Shown here: positions 12,901 to 24,900 of the stretch, piece by piece
How positions within the stretch are numbered: the first letter of the stretch is position 1
Layout: each line of letters starts with the position of its first letter
Source of the DNA: Saccostrea echinata
Taxonomy: Eukaryota
Assembly (NCBI RefSeq): GCF_033153115.1
Contig: NW_026889803.1
Coordinates: 59,582,001-59,646,000, forward strand
Reading direction: 5' to 3'
DNA: 64,000 nt
Translations under genes and position numbers: made by a program
The notes under the pieces: generated by a model
The model's database searches: none
What the model saw: the letters and a program-made list of their open reading frames with translations, nothing else
Told to the model about the DNA's origin: nothing

Positions 12901-15900
12901 GTCAATAGTCTGGATCATCTTGATGTTTGTCAAACATTTTACTGATTTCTAAAATGCAGTGAAATTGTGGTCAGAAATTCAGGGAGGTTTTGGCACCGCA
13001 CGAGCGCATGAGAGAAATTTTATTTTATTCATTTGAGGGTAAAAATGGGTAATGCACATTATTGAATGAGATGGGGGCGGGCCTGAGAACCAAGTTATTA
13101 ATTTTTTTAGGCCTTAAAGTTTTTTTTAATGCAAAGTAGACTTCATTATTAATTGAATGATGCTACAAATAAAAAAAAAATAAGGATACTTACATCCATT
13201 AATTGAATGCTCCCAATTAAAAATCTTTTTCAAATACTGGAATTTACCAGTGAATGACCTTACAGCTTCAAAAATTGGGGGGGGGGGGCAGTATCTAAAT
13301 GAAAATTTACATATTAAAGCTACAGCAAAAGAAAATACTCAGAAAAAGGGATGGGTGGGGTGGTCATGTTCTATGGGCCTGTACTTAATCCTTCAGTATG
13401 CTGAACTTTTTTAAAATTATTTAACTATAACTGATTCATTTAGTAAAATTTTGTAGATTTATCATTTCAAATTGATCTTAAAATGAACATTTTTGGTGTA
13501 ATTTGGGGGGCTTGAATGTACATTTTGTGCACCATCAATTGTGATGTAGCTTACTATCACAAAGATGATATAGCGCATGTCTTATTTGTGGTTTTATTCT
13601 TCGAAATATGTAAGGCGAAACAAATTAATCAATAGTTTCTCAGGCACCGCCGCATCAGGTCAAACACTGCCGCATTAATCAATTTTATTGACATATTGAA
13701 AAAGGAAATAACTCAATTTTCTATTTATCCAAGTTGAAAAAGAAAACTGAGTTATTCCCCTTTTCATAAATGCTAATAGATAGACGTTTTTATTAGATAT
13801 TGTTAATACGGTATTTTATGACTTAACTTTGTTTGAATAGCATTATTTAAAGTTGAATCATATTATAATATTACTGTAAGCCTGCTGCCTTTCTTTACTT
13901 TTGTTAATTAAAAAACCAGTAGAGCTACAGTCTCATCAGAGACCTCTGGTTTAGAGCATATATTAATGATGTCAATTGTCTATGTCACTTCATTGCTTGT
14001 ATTCTTCAGTCCTATGTCAAAGTATTAATGAGGTGTTATTACAAGATGGAGAGGAAAAGTAAATTCTGCTGCTGATATTAACAAGCGACAATTTTTTAGA
14101 TGACGGCATCAGTATACCATGCGAATATACATCTTACATGTCACCGCTTATGTCAGAGAAACTGTACAATGAAGTCAGAGTGTGTAAAGACAACACCAGT
14201 TCTAGCAAACCTATTGATGTGAGTATCCCAGTGCATTTATATATATATACACACACACACAGATTATTTAATTTCCATTTCATTTTTCAACTGAAAGTAA
14301 CACCTTCATTTTCCAATGCCAATATTGTTAAAACCAATATTCATTTCAAATAAAAATATTGAAATGTGTTTTAAATTGCTGCCTGCAAGCGGTTTGAAAT
14401 GCAAGTGGAGTTCTCTGACTTGCAGTACCTCAAATCAACAAAATAAGCACCACACTTATACAACACATCTTTGAGGCAAATAACAATCCTATATCTCTTT
14501 AGCAGCATGGAAGTACACAACCATTGGACAGCAATCTCTAATATTAGATTATCAGAACCGAAAGGGAAATTTGTTTTTAATTAATGAATAAAGTTCATAG
14601 CTAATTAGTCTACCCTAATTTTGCCACTAAATATTGCATTGAATCAAAATACAGTTGAACTTTGGTATCTCGAACACTGATATCTCGAATACCATTGATA
14701 TCTTGAAGTGATTTGGAAGTCCCAACTACCGTATTCGGCCGAATATAATATGCACTTTTTCCTAGTATATTTTTTTGTGAGAAATGAGTGCGTATTTTAC
14801 ACCACAATAGGATTTTGATGGGTTTTTCTTTCAGGTGAAACACAGCTATCATACGGACATACCGTAGTATTTCCTAGAGACATAGCCAATGTCTTGTTGT
14901 TTACAGCTATATTTAAAACATCAGAAAATTATTGTTGGAATGTAAACTTGTTGAAAATGTTATATTTATAATCTGTTGATAGTTAAATGATATTGAAAAG
15001 CAAGTTAAAATTAATTTCAGTTGCATATTCATCGTCTCCATGTATGCCGCCATTAACGATATTATTGATAGACGTTTTCACATTCCTTTGCCATGTGCTT
15101 GCATAATCATAGTACACATGTACCTAATCAGTCAGACACTCGAATAAAAATAAATAACAAGGAGTTTTATAATGAAATACATTAAAACACAAATTTATTT
15201 TGGGCTTTAAATAACTGTGAAAATTCATTTCAACATAAACACCCCTCTGTGCGTCCCAATTGAAGGCATTGTTGTGACCATGTGCACTTGTCACCTAATG
15301 ATTATCTCAACACCCATCCAGGCAAATAAATTGTCTATCAATTCCAAGGTAATGTTTTTACAGTTAGAGCACTGATTATTTACTGCCCTTATTAATGGCT
15401 TTGATTTTTTTCATTGTTATAATTGAGGGGTCAATATAGCCTTCGTAATTATTTTTTGTATGTATAGAAGTGTGTTGATTACGACACATTAAACGCTTGT
15501 TAAATGTAATTTTATTTTATATTTATCGGCGTCTTGTTATATTAATTGAGAGTTTAAAAAGGAAATATCAAGTTTGTTAAAACTTTAGTGCTATAATTAC
15601 TTGTGCTCTGTAGAAAATAAGATACATGTATCTGCAAAAGTACGATTGCTATAAATGAAGATTTAAGTTGATCTGTTTAAATTGAAATTCAAAAGTATCT
15701 TGTGCTTTGTTGAAATATAATTATTTCTGCGAGGATATAGCCAACGTGTAATGTCAAGATTGTTGTTAGTTAAAAAGAAAAAATTAATGCAATAATATCT
15801 CCTGCTTTGTTAAATAAAATCATTTACACACGAAGATTACCGTGATGTTTATGTTCACGATGTTCGTTAGCTTAATAATATATACTGAAACGCAAAAGAA

Positions 15901-18900
15901 ACGCAACAAGCAGTAATCTACAAATATTTGAATTTTTTATTTACCGGTAATGATTTTCAAAAATAAATACACTAAGGTAAAACTTGATTTGAAAACATCA
16001 GAGATTTGATAAAAATGTTAAATGATCATCTTTTAATTTTAAAAAGTAACATATGACTGTTAAAACACCCCCACCCCAGCCATTCAATTAAAGCGTGCAA
16101 GACTGCCATGTACAACAGTTGCAGCTTGATTTCTACTATGCAATAGGTCAATCTCGAAATCTGAGCAAAAGAAATATTCTTTGCCATTTTTAAATGCCCA
16201 TTTTTCAGATGATGAGGTCGAATTTTCTCTAGCCAAGTGCAGTGTAGTAACCCTTGGACTTCCAGTCCAAGGACTGTCATTCATGCTAATGATATGTAAG
16301 AGCCTGTTGAGGGGTGATGTGGGTCATATTTGCATCTGCAACTCTCCATCACCTTTTTTTGAGATTTTCCAGCTAGAGCAATGGAAATGCGTACTTAAGT
16401 CATTTTCAGGAAGCCTTGGCATCGCTTACGGAAAAGAAAGGGGAATTTATTTTTCAGAACATTGCTGCATTACTTATGATGAACAGATACAAATCCTTAA
16501 AACCTCATATTATTGCCAAATGTTTTGTTAAACATGCAATTTTTGATTTCTGTTAAGCAGACTCAAACTTAACTTCCGGTAATGGTATGAAAATCATTCA
16601 ACCGTTAAATTAACGATATTTACGAAGTTGAAGATGTCCTTACTTTTTAGATATAAAATTATATCCTATATGTAATATTTCCCCCTAAAATATGATGTTG
16701 CATTTCTTTTGCGTTTCAGTATATATTTAGCCTGTTATAGATATAATGGAATAATATCTTGTGCTTTGTTAAAATAAAATTATACTTTATATTTTAAAGT
16801 CAACACTGCAGTAGCTTAAAAAATTATGTTTTATGGAAAATTTTAATTTTTTCTGTAAAGAGTACCACCATGCATAAAATCAGGAGTATCATAAGCTCAA
16901 AAAATGAAATCTGCGTATGAAAAGTTATCGTGCTTAAATTTTTAATGCATTATTTCCACAAAGATTTTAAAGAAAAATTACCTTGATGCAAAAAAAGTCA
17001 GGATTACTGCTTGGTCATATTTTTTTTACTGCGTATAATACAACCGAACTGTGTTTTTTCCCAAATTTTCAAGCCCAAAAAGGGGTGTGTGTATTTTACA
17101 CCAATGTGTATTATATTCAGCCAAATACTGTACCTATTCTTTAAGAATTTTACCCTTGATATCTCGAATTCTTGGATATCTCAAACTTTTTTCTCGGTCC
17201 CATAGTTTGAGATAACGAGGTTTGACTGTATAATTTTTCTGGCAATATCCTCCCCTGTTTGAACCTTGAGCTTGTTTTTTTCCATTTTGTGTTAAGCTCA
17301 ATTTAAAAAAATGGTTTCAAGATAGTTTCAACAAATTCATAATATGATGCATACATCTCCAGGTGAGAGTAGTTAAATAATCAAAGTTTTCTGAACTTGA
17401 CTTTGACTTAAAGAAACCCCCTTTTGATTCTTAGGGCAAAGGGTCAAAGTCTAAAATTCACATCTTGCCTAACATGGTTCCCTGGTGATGACTCTAGTTC
17501 TCATGGAGGTTTTGACATGAAATTTTACACCTTTCATCAATATGACTAATAAAGACCCCTACTGATTTTGAGTCAGAAGGTCAAAGACCAAGCAGTTCAT
17601 TCTTTGTGAAAAATATCCCTGTATGAAAGATTTAGATTTCGTAAAATTCATAAAATCATGCATAGCCACTAATGAACCTACAAAGCAGATCAGAAATTTT
17701 AATATTGAATACATAGTTTTCAGATTATTACTGTAGATTCCTAATTATACGCGAGGAATTTATTATCACGTAATTTCGTGAGAAGCACCACTCGTGAAAT
17801 AAAATTACTCGTTTTTATTTTTATGATGCTGAAATCCATGTTAAATCACTTGATCAACCATCCCTTCGCAAATTATTATTCTTGCGATTTGACGTTAAAG
17901 AGCCATTTCGCGATAATAAGTACTCACAAAAAATAAGGAATCTACAGTACTTTAGGTCATCAATTTCTTAAACTCAAAAAGACACCCTATTGACTTTGAG
18001 ACCAAAAGATCAAGGTTGACCTTTTTATCTTTCTACATCTGCATACTTTCTCCAGTTCTCTCACCCTTTTTTTCCCTAAGCAGGAGACACATATTCTCTG
18101 AATTAGCTTGTTTAGATTTGTTTTATTTTTTCAGCACAACTTTGAGACACCATATGTTGTTAGACTTCACAATTGTAAGGAGTTAGCCCCTCCACAAGAA
18201 GTCTTCAAATTCAGACACCCAAATAGGGGTAGGTATTTAATGTAGTGGGAAGTTAGACACCAAAACAGAGGTAGGTTTTCAATAGAGTGGGAAGTTAGAC
18301 ACCAATAGAGGAGCGGAGAATTAATATGATATTGACCCTCAGACAAAAATGCTTCCTTTAACTAATGAATCAAAATGTTTTGATTAATGTAAAAATTTTG
18401 TAATGATGGGTATCCATGGTTACACATTTAGAACATTGTTAAATTATCACAACATGTCTGTAAGGCAGTTATGATTCTGAATATTTAATTCTAAAGTTCA
18501 ATAACCAAAATATTAACAATATCTTTACTATTTACATGATAAATGTCATAATACAAATAAAGTGAATTTGAGCCTTGCCATCTACAATTCGAAAACTTTC
18601 AAACCTTTCTTGAGTTTTTAACAGATAATCATCAAATTTTTAGCTCATTAAGCCAAAGGCTCAAGTGAGCTTTTTTTGATAACATTTGTTCCGGTGTCTG
18701 TCTGTCTGTAAATTTTTCACATTTTGGACTTTTTCTCCAGAACCACTGGGACAATTTCAATCAAACTTGCCACAAAGTATCCTGTGTAAAAGGGATTCAT
18801 GTTTATTTAAATAAAGGGCCCCACCTTCTTCCAGGGGGCGGTAATTATAAATAAGTGAAAATTAAACATCTTCTCAAGAACCACTGGGCAAGAAAAAGAT

Positions 18901-21900
18901 GAAACTTATTTGGAATCATCCTCGGGTAGTGAAAATTCAAATTTGTTCAAATCATGACCCCCTGGGGTAGGGTTGAGCTACAAAAGAAGATGAAATGTAT
19001 TTGGAAAAAATATTTAAAAATCTTCTAAAGGCATGATTAGTCAAAGAAATGTGGAAGCATCCTCAAATAGTGTAGATTCAAGTTTGTTCAAATTATGGGA
19101 CCACTTAGGTACTAGTATATAAATTTTTCAATACTGAATTGATTTCTGCTTTTTCCTAGCCACAACAGGCAGAACTTTTACATAGGAATATAGGGGGAAA
19201 AAATCAAAATATGAACTTACAAGTAACCTTTAAGCCATATTGTTACTAAACCTCCATGAATGATGCATCTTAAAAATGTGAATTACCAGATTTGCTTGTG
19301 ATGCTGGATCTGAGCTACATTTTCCAGTTGATTCAATAGGTTGAATGTTTTGGATCATATATTTCAAATGTAAAAGGTAAAGATAACGAAAAGTGATAAA
19401 TCTCAAAAAACCCACAAACAATTCAAATATGTGAAGAGGGCATAAAACACAGACCCCTGGAAACTCCAGAGGTGGGATCAGGTGCTTAGGAGGAGTAAGC
19501 ATCCCCTGTTGACCAGTCACACCCACCTTGAGCCCTATGTATTGATCAGGTAGACGGAACTATCTGTAGTCAATTCAGTGCAAAAACAAAGGCCTAACAA
19601 TTGGTATGAAACAAGTCAGCTAAAATACTACCCAATGCAAGGTTATATTTGCTAACAAGGTCATTATAACGACCATAAAATTTACGAAATGTTGACTTTA
19701 AATGAGACTTGCTATTAGTAAGTAATGGCCTACCTGAAACTAGCATAGAAGATTCATTTTACTGGACCTGCTTTAGATGTTAAATTTGACCTAGATTTAG
19801 TGGATGGTTGAAAAGATAGATAATAGATTTAATCATAATAGGGCCATACGCATAATAGCTATAATCATAATAGGTCCAAACCCATAATAGATATAATCAT
19901 AATACATCCATACCCATAATAGATATAATCATAATAGATCCATACCCATAATAAATATAATCATAATAAATCCATACCCATAATAGATATAATCATAATA
20001 GGTCCATATCCATAATAGATATAATCATCATAAATCCATACCCATAATAGATATAATCATAATAGGTCCATATCCAAGTTACTGCAAGTCCTGTCCAGAC
20101 TTTACTTGTATGGAATGTTACATCTAGGGATGCAGATTACTAGAACATTTATTTGGCATGATAATTTTCTTTTCTGATAGATAACGTACATTTAAGGACA
20201 TACGCAACGTACCTTACCTACTGATAATTTTTCAAGATATTCTTACTTTAAGATTATAGTGCCATCAGATGTTCATAGACAAAAAATCAGCATGCATTAC
20301 CAGGGGTTTTGAAAAGATATCAATTAATTAAAATTCATGTATAATTCAAAGAAAAATATACAAAAATTACTAAACATATATTCTAGATGTTTTGTTTATC
20401 CAAACTTGTTTTAGAAGAAGTGTACAACAGCATATATAGACATTAAAATGTAGCACACAGTTCCTTTAAAAATTGGAACTCTTCAACTCCAGGGGAAAAG
20501 ACAATAAAGTTCAAACTACGTTGCGTATGTCCTTAATCGGAACTTCTCAAGAATCAGAAGCAACTCCATTTTGTATAAAATTTTAACATTGGTGATGAAA
20601 TACATTTGAGGTGTTTACAGAGCTTGCTAGAAAGACCCAAGAAGATGCAATTGAACATAAGTTGAGCTGAGCTTCATAATCTTTGCTAACCTATGTTTTT
20701 AGCTCACCAGAACCAAAGGCTCACATAACCATTTCTGATTGAAATTTGTCTGGCATTTATCTGTCCATTGTCCAGTATCTGCCATCTGTAATCTTTACAT
20801 TTTCAGCTTTTTCTCCAGAACCATTATGATTATTTCCAATTAAACTTGCCTCAAAGCATCCTTGGGTAAAAGAGATTCAAGTTCATTGAAATGAAAAGCC
20901 AGGTCATCTTTTGAGGGGAGATATGTAGGAAAGAGTGAAATGGAAAAAATCTCGATGAAAACAACTTGGTCAGAAAAGATGAAACTTTTATGAAAGCTTT
21001 CTTAGAAGTGAAGATTCCATTAGAAATGTATATACAAATCATGGCCCCAAAGAGTAGGATGTGGCCACTTTAGAAGTTTTACATTGAAATGTCTAGGGAA
21101 AACCTAAAAAAAAACAGCAAAGTCAATCATGATTTGTCAAATTAGTCAAGCCTAGGAAGGGGGTGTCTGATGTTGAAGCATATAAGGGCCGAGGATTTGG
21201 ATGCCGCTTTGAGCTGGTGAATTTTCAGAATTTAACAGCTAAATTTGAGTGCTCAGAGAAGTGAATTTCTCCATTTAAAATGTTGATTTCATGATGATTT
21301 TATTTTTGTAATTCGTACTGGTAGGGGTCAGAGGGTGAATTTCAGCTTTTCTGACATCTAAATTTGATTGTCCAGAAAAGTAGATTTAAAGTAAATCAGT
21401 TTAAATTTCTTCTTCTCAAGAACTGTAGAGCCATGTTTAGTCATTATATTAATATGCAAGTAGTGTCAAATAGTTCAGATTCAACTTTGTCCAGATGATG
21501 ACATCTTGGAAGGGGGTAGGGCTACAATAAGGGATTTTTTTTTTCATGGGAACGTATTTCATAAAATCTTTTAAAAAATTTTCTAGAACAGAAGGGCCAT
21601 ATTTTAATTACCATTCCAGGTATAATTGCAGATTTTGTTAAACAATAAAATGCTTTCTTTGTTTGTTAGTATGGGGATTAATGTTGCAGCTGTTGCAGAA
21701 AAAATGCATAACCCACGGGTTGTATTATTGAAATGTACATCATTGTATGTTTCATTGATGGAACAGCCACTGCTCAAGAAATCGATACAGGTGGCTTGCT
21801 TAGTGGTGTTTACTGACATGGTTTTCATAAGAAATAAAAGTGTTAATATTTAGTGGATGTAAATATATTTATATGAGTCAACACAGGGATGATGAGCATT

Positions 21901-24900
21901 AATTGAAAGTACAGGAATCTTGTTTCTTAGTTGAAAGTATATATTAGAAAACAGCCCTTCAATTCATACATGCAACTAAATATACAAGTAGCAGATCTAT
22001 CACGAATCAGGTGTTCAGTGACCGCTTGTCAATTACAAAACGATAGGTAAGCTAGGAATATTGATCTTATTTTTCACACCTCTCACTAAGGAATTGATGA
22101 GCTTCTTACAGTGACTGAAGGCAGCATCTCACCTTATAGGAAGAACTTCAACATGTGGCTTCACACTTCTTATAAAAATAAAATTTGATCAGTTTTATGA
22201 AGTGTAAATATATCTGTAATGGTTTGGACCATGGATATTTTGGCCTGGGTAGCTCAGTCGGTAGAGCACCTGACTGGTGATGCAGGGATCCTGGGTTCAA
22301 TTCCCGGTCCAGCCTTACATTTTCTCCTTTCCTTACGTATCATATATTCCTTTACACTTAATGTAAATAAAGTTACCTCTGTTTAGTTTTCAGTGATGGC
22401 CAGTATTTTGGAATTGTTTCTATGCAAGAAAACATAAAACTTTTAAAATAATTCAATTCTGAGAGGGTATAGGGTGGTTTGGAGAGGGTCTAGTTTGGAG
22501 AGATTTCCTTTTTTTGACAGGTTGTTCAGTGGTAGGGATTGGTCAATATTAAGTGGACATGATTCAACATTTCATGACTGTGGTATCAAACTTGTACAAT
22601 CTGAGTTTGAATAGTAAAATGTCATGAAGTTAAAAAGCTCTTATATAAACAGGGCTAGATTTAGCAGTAGTGGAGATTTCAATTATACTAGATATGTTGT
22701 CAATAGTGTGAAAGGAACTTACCAATTTTTGTACGCATTCAGTACACAGAAGTAAATGAGGTCAAAATTACCTCAGGGAAAATTTTCACAAGTGAGATAT
22801 CATATATATGTACATATCCATAGAAAGGGGAAATTTTCTTCTTCTGGAGACATTGTGTTCACAAAAATGTTTTGATGTGGATTAAAATAGGTAAAAAGTT
22901 CATTGAATTCAGAATTATTTATATGAGATAAATATTCTTTTTTTTTCCAGATGCAGTAATTGACAATAGCCGCTACGCCTCACTGGAGTTTGACATTAAT
23001 CAGGATGCAATCATCCATGGCTTTGCTGGTTACTTTGACACTGTTCTCTATGATAATGTAAAACTGAGTAAGTGAAAACATATAAAATTTTTCAAGTAGG
23101 GGTATGAACAAACATGTTAACCTGACTAGATGTCTCATGCCCCTCAAACAGTAACATTGTTCATGACATTAATGTTGACACGACTTTGAATTTCATCGAC
23201 ACACTTCAGTATGGTCACATCAAACAAAAGTTTTAATTCATTGCATTTCATGGAGAATTATTACCCTGACCCTATATTCACAATTTCATTGCCTAGTGAC
23301 CTTGACCTTTGAGATATGACCTTGAATCAAAATCTTGATACAAATTAGGTCAGAGAGTTTTAATTTTTTTTCATTACACATTGTTTCACTATCTCTATAT
23401 AGCCAATTGCACTATCCTTTTAGATATGATATACAGTGAAAATTTTATTCAGTTGTACACTATAACAATGAGCCAGTATAATTACTTTTACACTTAAACT
23501 CCACAGCATGTGCACATGGTAACATTTCTAGTATACGATCTGAACACATTGACAATCTTTTGGATATAAATAGAGTAAGTTCAATTGATATAAATACAGT
23601 GCATTACTTTCCAATATGATTAATGTAATTTAATTGTACTTACCCTGACTGGAGATTCAGTCACCATGAATAAACCTATAGTCTAACCTTCCATGGACAT
23701 GAATGTGGAACTACCCTCACTGGTCAAGGAAAATGTGCGCTACCCAAGACAAACCTGACATCACCTTATATAGCTACTGGCCAAATATTTAAATTCATCT
23801 GAGCATCACAATGGGGCACCTTGCAGGATAAAACACTATTATACAAATAAGGGCCAACACATAATAATACTAATAAAAGAATGTAATGTGCATGTAACTA
23901 TCATACAAAATTGACATTGATTGTGTAAGCCTCGATCTTGCTTTGTGTTATTAATACAATGTATGATTTATGAGATTTATCCCTGTTTCTTTACTTTTCC
24001 TAAGTGTTAAAACCTGAAGTCAACAGTTATGCCTGCCTACCAATACTCGCAGTAGTGTAATACTACTCTTTTATTATTCACTGAAACCGTGTAGATAGTA
24101 AAGACTTGATGTATACAGGTCTGATTCAGAAGTATATAATTACGGGAGTGATATTTTGTTATAGGTATACATCCAGAGACCCATTCTCCAGGCATGTTTA
24201 GCTGGTTCCCAATTCTGTTTCCCATCAAGGTGAGTTAACTGGATCAAATAAAATTATTCCTTTTTTGGACTTTGACCAAACTGTGCAGTATATTTTTTGA
24301 AAGTTTAAAGATTATTTCTTGGTTTTTCAATTATTTAAAAACAACCTGGTGGGAATCTTTAACCTTGTCAGACTAAGATGATTTTAATCTAATTAAAATT
24401 AGACTTGTAATTCTGGTCCATACAATAAATTCAATACAAGTGAAGCATATAGCAGAGGGGCAGAATTATATTTCTTATTTTAACTAAATTGATGATAATA
24501 CTGTAAAGAGCTAGGTTCACTTTATGCATAAAATGGCCCTGTAGATACACCAGTTTATTGACTAAGACCCCTTGTCCAATTTTCAACATCAATATAAAGT
24601 AGAGACTTAGTGCTTTCAGTTTGTATAACAAAAGAGTCCAGGTATTGGAAAAAAGGTTGTGTGAAGTTGCAATGTTCTTGAATTTTGCAGAAAACAGTTG
24701 TATTTGAGAACCTTCAGCAAAGAATTAAAATATGAGCATACCCCTCGATCCAAAAAATAGAATATGTTTTGTAATCTTTAGAAGCAGTTCTTTCATTATA
24801 TATTTGCATATTTTGGATCAGAGGTTGTGCTGTATTCAAAATGTTGAAAAATAACATAATCTTTTCTTTTTGGAAGAAATATTCAGGATTTGTGAATAAT

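Noticed and set aside
22242-22314. Functional tRNA-Thr(GGT) gene
   Set aside because: Imperfect acceptor and anticodon stems, an anticodon not normally used in eukaryotes, and embedding in a TSD-flanked element.
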